Assembly: GCA_024137785.1 (NCBI GenBank)
Contig: JAHRHZ010000130.1
Coordinates: forward strand, 2,426,365-2,490,364
Direction: 5' to 3'
Source: Ginglymostoma cirratum
Lineage: Eukaryota
Length of the DNA stretch: 64,000 bases
Part shown: positions 13,510 to 26,379 of the stretch, piece after piece
Numbering within the stretch: position 1 is the stretch's first letter
Layout of the letters: each line of letters starts with the position of its first letter
The notes under the pieces: model-generated
The model's input: the letters and a program-made list of their open reading frames with translations, nothing else
Database searches by the model: none
What the model was told of the DNA's origin: nothing
Made by a program: the position numbers and the translations under genes

Positions 13510-15305
13510 CTATGAGGGTCAAGGATGTCTTAGGAGTGGAGGAGGAGTGGACCAGGTTATCTTGGAAGGAACAGTCCCTGCAGCATGCTGACAAGAAAAG
13601 GGAGGAGAATATGTGTCTGGTGGTGGCATCCTACTGGTTGTAGCAGAAAAGGCGGCTTATGATTCTTTGGACGTGGATGCTGGTGGGATGGAAAGTGAGG
13701 TCCAAAAGGACCCTATCAGTGTTCTAGGAGTGAAGAAAGATGGTGAGGGCAGAAGAGTTGTAAGGAGGATTCATTGGAATGTATGTGATGGAAACAGATA
13801 CCGGGAGAATGGAATGGAATCTTTACAGGAAGCAGGATAGAAAAATGTATAGTCCAGGTAACTGTGGAAGTCATTGAGTTTGTAATGGGTGTCAGTGGCC
13901 AGTCTATCTCCAGAAATGGAAACAGAAATGTCAAGGAAGGGCAAGGAGAAGTCAGACCAGTTGAATGTAAGAGCAGAGTAGAAATTGGAAGCAAAATTGA
14001 CAATTTTTTTCTAATTCTGGATGAGGGAGGGAAGCAGCAGCAGCCATGTCATTGATACACCAGAAAAAGAGTAGTAAGCACAGACCCGAGGAGGATTGGA
14101 ATAAGGAATATTCCAAGAACCACACAGACATAACTGGGACCCATTTGGGTGCCCATGGCCACACCTTCGACCTGATGAATGTGAGAGAGGTTAAAAGAGA
14201 ATATGTTTAATGTGAGGACAAGTTTAGCCATGTGGAAGAGGGTGGTGGTGAATGCGGACAGTTCAGGCCTTCTTTCCAAGAAGAAGACAGGGAGTGGATG
14301 TGCAATGGATTTCAGGTCCTTGGTGAAAAGGAGGTGGCTGATGCTTGTGAACTGGAAATTCTGAAACTAACTTTTTAAAGTGTCAGAAGAATGGCAGGCG
14401 TGAGTGGGAAGGGTCTGGACAAGATCGATTTGATGTAGGAATGGATGGATTCTGTGGCAGGAACAGGTGGAAACAGTAGGTCTGTCCGTGCATGGTACTG
14501 TGCGCGCACTTCTGGATGTGGCAAGAATGCCTATCTGAAGAGTGTTGATCATCACAGAGATATCTGTGATCCTGGGTGGATACCAAACTCAAAGGATGCA
14601 ACGGGTGGTGACGCTGTGCGGAAGGCAGTTACTGATGAATGTAGATTTCAGGAAGAAGGTACATGTGTTGGATTGGAGGACTGTGAGCTTGGAGTCTGTG
14701 GTGGGGGAGGGGATGGGGTGGAGCCACTAGACAAAATGAGATGAGTGACTGTCATGGGCAGAATAACGTGGTGTTCCATGATGGGGTCATACTCCAGGGC
14801 TGATAGGAGGAGGTGCCCTAGATCTGGTGCTCAGCCTCAGAAATATAGAGGTCAGCATGTCAGACAAGAACAGCACTGCCCTAGTTGATAGGCTTGATTA
14901 GGATGTCCTGGTTGGATCTGAGAGCGTGGTATGCAGTCAGTTCAGAGGCAGTGGCTCAGTGGTTAGCACTGCTGCCTTACAGCGCCAGGGACCTGGGTTC
15001 AATCCCAGCCTTGGGTGACTGTCTGTGTAGAGTTTGCACATTCTCCCCGTGTCTGTGTAGGTCTTCTATGGATGCTCTGGTTTCCTCGCAGAATCCAAAG
15101 ATGTGCAGGTCAGGTGGATTGGCCATAGGAAATGCAGAGTTACAGGAATAGGGTTAGGGGGATGAGTCTGGGTGGGATGTCATCCAGAGAGTCATTGTGG
15201 ACTTGGTGGGCCAAATGGCCTGTTTCCATACTATAGGGAATCTATGGAGATAGATTTGAGTGGACAAGGACACTAAGGCAATACCACATCGATGGTTGTC
15301 AGTAA
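13510..15305 (-). mobile_element. Decayed Penelope-like element RT region
   Basis: Minus-strand AKLVLTLNIFSFN...QVEGVAMGTQMGPSY (~14130-14230) is a PLE RT motif; ~13540-13740 resembles the PLE sequence at 1300-1460. Confidence 0.75.
14948..15247 (+). mobile_element. tRNA-derived HE1-like SINE nested in the PLE
   Basis: TGGCTCAGTGG / GGTTCAATCC boxes, conserved body, ttctatg tail. Confidence 0.85.
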
Positions 15306-15814
15306 ATATTTTTCAACTGCCTGAAAGCAAAGCTAACAAACATGGAAACATAGAAAATAAGAGCAGGTGTAGGGCATTTGGTCCTTTGAGGCTTGTCAAC
15401 AATTTATTGTGAAATTTTTGATTAACCAACAAATCTGTTCCTATTCTTTTTTTCCAAATGCAGTATGATACTTTTGGTACCGAGGATAAAAGTTTCAAAG
15501 GAGAGTTCAGGAGGGCCTGCCAGAACCTAAAAATGAGTCGTCAACCTGGTTGAGTTGCCAAACTTGACTACTTGAATGCCAGACAGCATAAGCAGCGAGT
15601 AATGGACAGGTTTAAGCCATCCCATAACTAAAGGATTTGCAATCTGCAATTTGCAATCCTACCACATCCAGGCTTGATTGGTGGCGGACAATTAAACGAC
15701 TCACTGGAGGAGGAGGATTCACAAATGTCGCCATTCTCAAAGGTGGAAGAGCCCATCGCATCAGTGCAAAAGAAAAATTTGAAGCATTCGCAGCAATTAT
15801 CAGCCAGAAGTAAG

Positions 15815-16605
15815 AGAGTCACAGAGCTGTACAGCACAGCAACAGACCCTTGCATCCAATTTGCCCGTGCAGACCAGATGTCATAAATTAATCTAGTCCC
15901 ATTTGCCAACATTTGGTAATATCCCTCTAAATCCTTCCTACTCATGCACCCATCTAGATGCTTGTAAATGTTGTGATTGTGCCAGTCTTCCCCACTTCCT
16001 CTGGCAGTTCATTCTATACACATACCATCCTCTCTGTGAAAAAGTTGCCCCTTAGGTCCCCTTTAAATCTTACCCACCTCACTTTAAAACAATGCCTTAT
16101 AGTTTTGGATTCCCCTACCTTGGGGAAGAAACCTTGGATATTCACACTATCCACACTGCTCATGATTTTATAAATCTCTATTGTCACCCCTCAGCCTCTG
16201 ACACTCCAGGGAAAATAATCCCAGCTATTCAGTCTCTCCCTGTAGCTCAAACATGCCATCTCTGGCAACATTCTTGTAAACCTTTTCTGAATCCTTTAAG
16301 ATTAACCACATATTTCCTATAGCAGGGACAGCAAAACAAAATGCTATATTCCAAAAGTGGCCTAATCGATGTCCCGTACAGCCATAACATGAAATCTCAA
16401 TTCCTATTATTCAATGCACTGACCAATAAAGGTAAATGTACCTGTACCAAATGTCTTCTTCACTACCCTGTCTACCTGTGACTCCAGTGTCAAGGAACTA
16501 CAAACCTGTACCACAAGGTCTCAGTTCAGCAATAAAGGACCCTACCAATAAATGTATGTGTCCTGCCCTTACCAAAATGCAAAACCTCACATTTATCTAA
16601 ATTAC
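15815..16605 (-). mobile_element. CR1-like LINE 3' fragment
   Basis: Same tail and ORF2 C-terminus as 18235-19040; interrupts a second LINE family. Confidence 0.8.
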
Positions 16606-17595
16606 GTCATACCTGGCACAAAGGAAGATGGTTGTGTTCATTGGAGATTAGTTGCCTCAACTCCAGAAAATGTCCTGAGCCCAACCATGGTCGGCTGCTT
16701 TATCTCCTTCCCTCCAGCATAAGGTCAGTCCAGGGGCTGTTTGCTATGATTGCACAACGTCAGCATCATTCATACTAAAGTACACTAAGGTAGTCAATGA
16801 TCAAAGGCAACAAGTTCTGGACAAACTTGGGCTGACAAGTGGAAAGTAACATTCATGCCATACATACGTCAGGAAATGACTATCTCCAACAAGAAACAAT
16901 CTAACCACCAACCCTTGACATTCAATGACATTACCATCACTGAATCCTCACTATCACCATCCTGAGGGCTACCATTGACCAGAGGCTCAAATAGACCAGC
17001 CATATAAATACAATAACTACAAAAGCATGTCAGAAGATATGAATAATGCGCTGAGAAACTGACTCACCAAAGCGTGTCCACCATCTGCAAGGCACAATTC
17101 AGGAGCGTGTGATGGAATATTCTCAACTTGCCTAGATGGGTGCAGCTCTACCAGCAGTCAAGAAACTTAACAACTACCAGGATAAAGCAGCCCACTTGAT
17201 TGGCATCACATTCACAACTTTCCACTCCCTCCACCACTGATACTCAGGAGCAGCAGTGCGTACTATCTAGGACATGTAGGAACTCAACAAAGGTCCTTGA
17301 ATAGCACCTTCTAAATACACAACTGCTTCCATCTAGAAGGACGAGGGCAGCAGTTACATGGGAACATCATCACCTACAAGTTCCTCTCAAAGCAGCTCAC
17401 CATCCTGACGCGGTAATATATCGCTGTTTCTGGTTTAAAATCCTGGAATTCCGATCCTGGGGACATTGTGGGTCAACCTACAGCACATGGGCTGAAGTGG
17501 TTCAATAAGGCAGATCACCAATATCTTCTGAATGGCCGAAATGATGGACATTAAATGCTGGTCAGCCAGTGACGCCCACACCCCAGGAGTGAAAG
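16606..17595 (+). mobile_element. Second LINE family (CR1/L2 group), RT C-terminus and 3' tail
   Basis: Homologous to the better-preserved copy at 49900-51245 (WADKW.VTF, MEYS.LAW); an upstream part probably lies at ~15510-15810. Confidence 0.75.
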
Positions 17596-18234
17596 AAACT
17601 GTGTCCCCGCAGTTTCCTAAGGTAAGGAATTCCAAAGACTCACAACCCTCTGAGAGAAGTAATTCCTGCTCACCTCAGTCTTAATTTTGCAGCCGTTTCT
17701 CCTAAGACAGAGCCCTCTGATCCTACGTTATCATATCAGGGAAGATATCATTTTAGCATTTATCCTGTCAAGACAGTTAAGAATCCTATATCTTTCAATC
17801 AGATCACCTCTCATTCTTCTAAATTGTAATGAGCAGAGTCCAAGGTCTTTATATTTTACTCATTAGGAAATCTTTTCATAACACGGATCACCACATTCTC
17901 CTAACAACCTCCGAATTAAAAAAGAAGTATCTTTCCTTGATTATGGGGACAAAAACTTCTCACTTATTCCCGTGTTGGCATGACTAATATATGACGAGTG
18001 ATTGCATTGGTTCAGACTATATTCATTGCAGTTCTGAAGAATAGTGACAGTATCATGAAAACCTTCAAAATCTGATGAAACTAGTCGGGCTAAATGCAGG
18101 AAGGATGAGATTGACGACTGCGGAATTTAGAACCAGGAGTCACATATATGAGATTATTACTAATTGTTTATCACTGCCATCTTCTCCCCCAGAAGTCACA
18201 CAACATCAGGTTATAGTCCAACAGGTTTATTTAA

Positions 18235-19690
18235 GGTCATAAAGTTATAGAGATATACAACATGGGAACGGAATCTTCAATCTAACTAGTTCATGCCAAG
18301 CAGATATCCTCTATAAATCTCGTCCCATTTGCCGGCATTTGGCCCATATCCCTCTAAACACTTCCTATTAATATACTCACCCACATGCCCTTTAAAAGTT
18401 GTAATTCTACCAGCCTCCACCACTTCCTCTGGCAGCTCATTCCATACACGTACCACCCTCTGCATGAAAAAATTGCTCCTTAGGTCCCTTTTATGTATTC
18501 CTCCTTTCAACTTCAACTATGCCCTCTAGTTTTGGACTCCCCCACCTCAGAGAAAAGACCTTGCCTATCTACCCTGTCCATGCCCCTCATGATTTTATGT
18601 ACTTCTATAAGGTCAACCCTCAGTGTCCAACACTCCAAGGAAGATAACGCCAGCCTATTCAGCCTATCCCTACAGCTCAAATCCTCCAACTCTGGCAACA
18701 TCCTTGTAAATATTTTCTGAACTCTTTCAAGTATCGCAACATCCTTCCTATAGCAGGGAGACCAGAATTGCTTACAACACTCTAAAAGTGGCTGAAATTA
18801 TATCCTGTACAGCCACATCATGACCTTCCAACTCCTTTAGACAATGCATTGACCAATAAGGGCAAACATACTAAATGCCTTCTTCACTATCCTACCTACC
18901 TGTGACTCCGCTTTCAAGGAACTATGAACCTGCGCTCCAAGGTCTCTTTGTTCAGCAACACTCCTCAGGACCTTATCATCAAGTGTATATGTCCTGCCCT
19001 GATTCACCTTTCCAAATGCAGTACCTCACATATATCTAAATTAAACTCCATCTATCACTCCTCAGCCCATTGGCCCATCTGAGCAAGGTCCCCTTGTACT
19101 CTGAGGTAACCTTCTTCTCTGTTCACTACACCTCCAGTTTGTAAACTTACTAACCGTACCTTCTATGTTCACATCCAAATTATTTACATAAATGACAAAA
19201 AGCAGTGGACCTAGTACCAATCCTTGTGGCACACCGCTGCTCACCAGCCTCCAGTCGGAAAAGTAACCCTCCACAACTACACTCTGTCTTCTACCTTTGA
19301 GCCAGTCATGTATCCAAATGGCTAGTTCTCCCTGTATTCCGTGCGATTTGACCTTGCTAACCAGTTTACCATGAGGGACCTTGTTGAACGCCTTACTGAA
19401 ATCCATACAGATCACATACATCTCTCTGACCTCATCAATCCTCCTCATTACTTCTTCAAAAAACTCAGTTAAGTTAGTGAGACACAATTTCACAATCATG
19501 AAGCCCTGTCAACTAGCCCTAATCAGCCCTTGCCTTTCCAAATACTTGTAAATCCTGTCCTTCAGCACTCCCTCTAATAACTTGCCCACCACCAATGTCA
19601 GGCTCACTGGTCTACAGATGCCTGGCTTTTCCTTACCATCTTTCTTAATAGTGGCACAACATTAGCCAACCTCTAGTCTTCTGGCAAATC
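18235..19690 (-). mobile_element. CR1-like LINE RT and 3' end
   Basis: CLTNL.EFFE, MDFSKAFNKVPH and VPQGLVLGPLLF; splits a short PLE-type repeat (~18192-18232 and ~19691-19770). Confidence 0.88.
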
Positions 19691-20912
19691 ATAAGTTTTT
19701 GGAGCTCTGGTCCTTCATCAGGTGAAGTCACCCTTATCCATGCATGCCCAACACTGGCACGTCCATATCTTCTCCACCCAACCATAATCTTGCATATTCT
19801 TTCCATTATTCATTCGTGGATATGGGCAGTTTGGGCTTTTTATGCTGGACCAGTGTCTATATTTCATTGCTGATTGGGGTGTGAGAAGGTGGCAATGTTT
19901 ATTTTAGGAGTTTGTGGCTACAGGTACTTATTATAGACTGTTGGAAATTTGTAATAGTTCCCTGACAGTGTATTGAGTTTGTTTAGATATGATACAACAA
20001 TTAATAATATAAAGAAAAGCTTGCAACTGTGACAATCATGGATTCACTGATAACAGAAGACACGCTGTTAATATCAAATGTATTGACCTCATTAAAGTTG
20101 GGAAAATGATATCCCCCTCGCTAGCTGAGGTGCTAAGGAGTTCTTACATGGATCTTGTTCCTCTTCTCTAGTCGATCTTCCAACTGGATAAAATAGCTCT
20201 CAGGTTATCGCCTGATGAGCACCACGTGATGAGAACTTCCAAAGGAAGACTGCAGCCTACTAGGTCTGTCTGATGAGCACTGCCCTTTGCCCAACCATGT
20301 GTTGACATACTCTATAATCTGTTCTGAAGAATGGCCATTGGAACCAAAACATCAGTTCTGCTTTGTCTCCATAGGTGTGACCAGATCTGTTGAGTTTCTC
20401 CGGCAATTTGCCTTTGTTCGATATATGCTATGTCTAGAAACAGTTATTTTACTCTGTATCAATTAATTGTCTCAATTCTTTTGGCCAATGACCATAGGAG
20501 AACTACTCATCACGTTGGATAACCATGAGTCCCTTTCCCACCTCAATTTGAAGGTTAATTCTCATTCCTTCTGATTAATGTTTCATTTACGCTCGTAGAG
20601 GTTCAGTTACTAATATAACAATTAAATGGGATCTCACATTATTCAGAGAGTAATAAGTTTTGGAATGCAAAAAGCACACAGTTTTAAATTGGACTCCAAT
20701 TTCCAACATCACACCCCCAGCTCCACCCAACCCCTTCTACTTTGAGAAGGAAATATTCTTATTGACTTCTCTCTTATTTATTTCTAAGATGTGAATTTGT
20801 TCTCTAGTCCTTTGATTATGTATTTCTAGTAACATAACAAAGTTACTAGAACTGTTAATATCAAGCTTTGAGCAGCTACTAAACAAAAAGCAAACAACTT
20901 CTCCATTGGGTT

Positions 20913-21512
20913 CACAAGGTGGAGAGCTGGATGAACACAGCAGGCCAATCAGCATCAGAGGAGCAGGAAAGCTGACGTTTCGGGCCTAGACCCTTCTTCA
21001 GAAANNNNNNNNNNNNNNNNNNNNNNNNNNNNNNNNNNNNNNNNNNNNNNNNNNNNNNNNNNNNNNNNNNNNNNNNNNNNNNNNNNNNNNNNNNNNNNNN
21101 NNNNNNNNNNNNNNNNNNNNNNNNNNNNNNNNNNNNNNNNNNNNNNNNNNNNNNNNNNNNNNNNNNNNNNNNNNNNNNNNNNNNNNNNNNNNNNNNNNNN
21201 NNNNNNNNNNNNNNNNNNNNNNNNNNNNNNNNNNNNNNNNNNNNNNNNNNNNNNNNNNNNNNNNNNNNNNNNNNNNNNNNNNNNNNNNNNNNNNNNNNNN
21301 NNNNNNNNNNNNNNNNNNNNNNNNNNNNNNNNNNNNNNNNNNNNNNNNNNNNNNNNNNNNNNNNNNNNNNNNNNNNNNNNNNNNNNNNNNNNNNNNNNNN
21401 NNNNCCCGAAACGTCAGCCTTCCTGCTCCTCTGATGCTGCTTGGCCTGCTGTGTTCATCCAGCTCCACACCTTGTTATCTCAGATTGTCCAGCATCTGCA
21501 GTTCCTACTATC
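20913..21512. mobile_element. Inverted pair of PLE family-A ends spanning the assembly gap
   Basis: Minus arm 20913-21004 and plus arm 21405-21512; near-TSD TCTCCAT(T)GGGTT at 20900-20912 and 21513-21524. Confidence 0.75.
21005..21404. other. Assembly gap (400 N)
   Basis: Run of N. Confidence 1.
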
Positions 21513-22441
21513 TCTCCATGGGTTGAACAGTCGTGATAAACCAGGTCATAGCAGGCATATTCTTCTAGTTTTTGAATTTCCCTTCTATTTCTTAGCTCAG
21601 TTGGATCACTAAACTCTCTTTTTGGTACTGATCCTACTTAGGATTGACCTGAGGTTTAGAGATAAGGGGGGAATTGAGTTTTCAATTTCAGAGATAGCCT
21701 TAATGCTTCATTCTGTGAGACGATATTTACTCTTTCATAGCTGTCTCGGTTGGAAATTGAAGGTAGACTTCCAAATGGGGAAAATATCTTCCCCTCCACC
21801 ATTCCGCGGTCTCCTGCTTTTGGCTTTTTATCCCCCTTACATTGAGTTGATAGATATTGCCCTTTCTTCACCCTCATTTTGCATTGAAACTGTGTCATGA
21901 TCCATTGATGACTTTCACCTCTTTAGGTGCCTAAGTTACATTCAATTACAGCAACAGATTATGTATTGACTTAAAATATTCTCCAGATCTGCCTTTAGCA
22001 GTGCTCTTTTTTTTCTTATTTTCTTATTAAGCCTTGACTATGTAATATATGAAAAATACTGTGGTGATTTAGTGATTGCAAAGAAATAACTGTTCCAGTG
22101 TGTGAAAGAGCACTCCTGGAATCAAAAAAAAAACCAAAAAGAAACTACATTTTCCTAACAACAGCCAGAACAAATCATCAAGGCAACAAGAGCCTGAATC
22201 TTTTGGTTCTTCTGTTGCTGTAACATTGCCTCTACCTTTTCTGGACCGTCTAATGAAAACTGCTGCCTACAAAGACTGCCTAATGACGAATGCCCTCTGC
22301 CCTTGGGCACTTCTTGATATGCACTACCCCTAGGCAGGTAATTTACTCTATGTCAATCAACTGTCTGAATCCTTTTGACCAATGTCCATTGGGCAGCTAC
22401 TTATGATGTCTGGTCCCTTGTCCGCTTCATTTTAAGGTTAG

Positions 22442-23448
22442 TGTTGTAAAGATGAGTAAAATACTTGTGGATTTGGAGGAAAGAATTTAGAATTTGGCAT
22501 CTGTAAAATGCTAGGGAGTTGGGAGGTAGAGGGTGGACATTGTGTGGTCCCTTTAAAAGATTATGTGCTTTTTCTATGCTTAGAGATTTAAAATGGATGT
22601 CTGTGAGCAACAGCTTGGAAGTTTCATAGTGAACAGCCAAATTGAAACATTTGTATCAAAAGGCCATGCCGTTAGCAGGCCAAGCAACAGTTTTTACCAA
22701 GACAACAAGTTTTGAATTCACCCAATCAATTTGAACCAGGCACTTAGATTCCAAAAACGAATTAAATTTAAATCTGATTTTTTGATACACTGGACCAATC
22801 CTATTGCAAGAAAGATTGATATGACATCAATGATATGAAAGAAAGGGGCAGTTGGACAAAACTCATAGAACTAACTGCCATCCGCCAGAGCTAATAGCCC
22901 TCAGCTCTCAAAAGAGAACTGTTGGGTCTTACAGACTCTTCTATGTCTTACAGAAAGCACCATCTAAATCACCAGGGTTTGCAGACCACAACTAGTTAAT
23001 ATTCCTGGTAGAAGAATCAACGGAGAAGGCTTTCCTAACAGAAGAATCGATGAAGAAGGCAAAGAACAGTCCGGAAGCCCCGTAACCCTGGCTGTAATTT
23101 TGAGAGACTAAGTTTTTTTCTATAAGTGGGCCTTGTATTTATTGGAACAGCATGCTATTAGAATTTTCTTTTATTTAGGAATAGTTGGTAGTTAGCAGGG
23201 GTTTATTCAGTCTGTTAATAGTTAAGTTAATTTGTTCACTGTTAGAGTTTGATAAATAAATTGTTACTTGTTGACGTAAAGTGAATGTTGGGGATTAATT
23301 TTATTTAACCACTAGAAGTTGCTGAAAGGTGGGTTACACCATTTTTCACATTTCTTTTACACATTGTAGAGTGAGGTGCCCTTCTTTGGGTGTTTTAGCT
23401 TTAGTTCTCAGAGGCGGGGGGGGGGGGCTCAACCTCTGCTTTATAACA
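22442..23448. mobile_element. Solo LTR (~1.0 kb)
   Basis: TGTTGTAAA...TTTATAACA termini (8/9 inverted match), 4-bp TSD TTAG at 22438-22441 and 23449-23452, internal AATAAA ~23255. Confidence 0.75.
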
Positions 23449-23559
23449 TTAGCGTTCATTCCTTCCAAGTGTTCCTTCTTATTTTTGAAAACATTGTACT
23501 TATAATAGGGTAGTGTGGTGCCCGATAAATCTTTTGTTTACGCTGGCAGAAGTTCAGTT

Positions 23560-24205
23560 ATTACTTTATACTGTACGGGATGTTTTCCCAACTGGATATT
23601 GAATGGCTTGGAGAGTAACTTACATGTGCAATGTTCTCATGTATCTGCTGTCTTTGAACTTCTAGATGGTAGTTTTCATGGCAATAGAAGGTGCTATCTA
23701 AATAACCTCAGAGGCTTTGTGCAGTGCCTCTTGTAGATGATACATCCTGCTGTGGCTATAGGTCGGTGGTTGAGGGAATGAATGTTTGTGGAGAAGATAT
23801 ACGAGCAGAAGCAGGCCATAAGGTAGGCTGCCAATGAAGCAGGCTGCTTTGTCCTGGATGGTATCAAGCCTTTTTATGTATTTTGGTTCTGCATTCATCC
23901 AGGCAATTGGGGAACATTCTATCACTCTTCTCATCAGTGCCATGTTGATGGTGGACATGCTTCTGATAATCATGAGTTCAGTTCTTCTCTGCATAATTCT
24001 AGACTGTGATGTGTTCTTGTTGCCATAGTATTGACATGGCTAGTTGAATTCGATTTCTTGTCAATATCAATGTTAAATAGTGTTGACAGAGGATTCACCA
24101 ATGTTACTTCCATTGAAGTTCAACAGGTGACAATTGTTCAAGCCTGTCATTGCCTGGCACTTGTTTGGTGAGAATGTTGTTTGCCACTCATCACCATGAA
24201 TCTGT
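23560..24205 (-). mobile_element. Old fragment of the second LINE family
   Basis: ECSPIAWMNA...LDTIQDKAACFIG is homologous to 50144-50362. Confidence 0.65.
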
Positions 24206-24442
24206 ATTTTGTCCCCGTTTTACTACATCTGGATAAAATATTTTGTGAAAAAGTTTGCAGAGAAGTTAGAGATTGAGCGAGAGAGACAGGTAAAAGTAGA
24301 AAGAAGTAGGGAGGGTGAGGGGAGAATGCGAGCGAGGAGACCTAAAAATGGAGAGAGCGCAGGAAAGAAAGATCATCAAAGGATTCAGATAACGCATTGT
24401 ACTCTATGTTGCAATGCTTCTGAGATTGAATGCCATTTCATT

Positions 24443-25353
24443 TTAGAATTGTGAAGAAACAAACTTAATTAAAGTAAAAGGATAGTTAACAATTTTCTTC
24501 AATTCTTCTCTGAACCTAGACTGCGCCACAGCATAGATAATAGTGTTTGTGCAGGAACTCAGACACTGAAACATGTATCCAGTGTGTTCCATGATGGCAA
24601 ATGGGTCATTGTAATCTGTAAGCATAAACTGAATGCCAGCAAATTGCGTACATATGAAATGTACAAAGGTTATCATCCATAACAGTATAAAGCAGGTAGA
24701 GATAGCCAGCAATAATATGATTGATTTCCTACGATTCTCCATCTCAGGATCATTAGGATCATCACAATTTTTGATTCTTTGTAGTCCTTTTCTAATACCA
24801 TTGGCATGGATAATGTGCTGTACGGTCAAAGCATTCAGTAGCACAATCAATGCAAATGGTAGGAATGGTGTTAAGGTAATGTCGAAGAAGAAGTATGCTA
24901 CCCATATAGGGAAATCCGAAAGATTTGATTTCACACTGCAGAACCATTCTATATTGTCAATGATTTCCTGGTGTTCATTCTCAAAATAGATTGGAATGTT
25001 TTCTATAACGCTCAATACAAACACGGTGACTATAATTATGGTCGCAGTTCGTTCAGTGCAATACCTTTCCCTCACCTTTTGGCAGCGAATGGCAACCAAT
25101 CTATCAAAGGTGAAAGTAACAGTTAGCCAGACAGAACAATCAATGGCAGTGAAAACCAGCGCAATATTGAGACTACAAACTGGTGTGTAGTCCAAAAATG
25201 TAAAGGAAAAATATATTCCTTTAATCTCATACAATATGACATCAAATATTATCACCAGTAGATCTGCCACTGCCATAGCAACCAGATAACGTGTGATACA
25301 TTTAGAAAGACCACATTTGCCACGGGAGAGAATTACAATCGCCACCAGGTTGC
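24443..25353 (-). CDS. GPR139/GPR142-like class A GPCR, exon 2 (spliced protein 326 aa, open frame)
   Basis: Acceptor ttttttatttgcag|. GN in TM1, MAVADLL in TM2, Cys at the top of TM3, TFDRLVAI (DRY variant), ECL2 Cys, PF in TM5, SCTNTIIY (NPxxY variant) and FR helix 8. The ORF-track N-terminus (25354-25414) is intronic. Confidence 0.92.
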
Positions 25354-26074
25354 CTGCAAATAAAAAAAGAAGAGAATAACGTGGTAAATATGCTAACAAC
25401 ACACAAATGACCATTTGAGATTTAATTTCTATTCTATAGTTCCATACACAAGCTGGTTTCCTTTTGCTTCAGGTAATTTTGCGCATTAATGCTTTACCTT
25501 CCACCATCTTGGCTTTCCTGATTCCTTTTTTTAAAGTAACCTTTACACTGGTATTCTATCCTCAGTCAGATTATCTCTAGTTGAGAAAGGTCAGCTAATC
25601 AGATGAAATCGGATTTGCAAATAGCCCCACTCTATACACACGCAATCAGTAGCTAGTTTCCCACTGCACCCAGTTAATGTTAACTCAACTATATACAAAA
25701 AATACCCACTACGGGGTAGAGTGACAGTCCCTTGCATCACTTCATGTACGGCATGAATATTAAACTCATAAAAAGTTGAGATGACAATTGTTGGCAAACT
25801 GGCAGATGGTAAGTGAGGCATAGTGCTTTCATTGCTGTACAAGAAATTCACAGACAGGCTAAAGCTCTGGAGAAAGGCTTTGGGAACCTCACCACAGCAA
25901 AAAGCCATGAAAAAAAAGTGTGAATGTCCAGTGAAGATCATGAAATCATTCTCAGTCATCCTCGTTCACTAATTTTACTTTAGGCATTATTACTCTTGAA
26001 TGCTTGACTCTTAACTGCCTTGTGAGATAGCTCAGTTGTATAAAACTGTGTCAAAGTCTAAAGGGAGGAATGAA

Positions 26075-26370
26075 ATTGCCTCACAGCTCCAGGGACCTGG
26101 GTTCAATTCCAGTCTTGGGCAATTGCATGGAGTTTGCACATTCTCCCTGTGTCTGCGTGGGTTTCTACTGGATGATCTATTTTCCTCCCATAGTCCAAAG
26201 AAATGCAGGTTAAGTGGAATGGACTTGCTAAATTCCCCTGTAGTGTCCAGGGTTGTGCAAGCTAGAAGAGTTAGCTATCGTAAATATGGGGTTATGGGGA
26301 TACGCTGGGTCTGGGTGAGATGCTTTTTGGAGGTTTAGTGCAGATTCTATCTGCACAGTCGGGATACTAT
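26075..26370 (+). mobile_element. HE1-like SINE, 5'-truncated, in the GPCR intron
   Basis: gcctcacagc..gggacctgggttcaattcc and ggagtttgcacattctccc. Confidence 0.75.
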
Positions 26371-26379
26371 GATTTTATC

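Noticed and set aside
20205-20295. Twice-repeated CTGATGAGCAC suggesting a snoRNA or hammerhead
   Set aside because: No intact GAAA box or terminal stem; similar sequence at ~22250-22305 points to a decayed repeat.
20998-21468. 156-aa ORF
   Set aside because: Artefact of the N gap.
25354-25414. ORF-track N-terminus of the GPCR (MVICVLLAY...)
   Set aside because: It reads through the polypyrimidine tract and acceptor; the real start is exon 1 at 30099.
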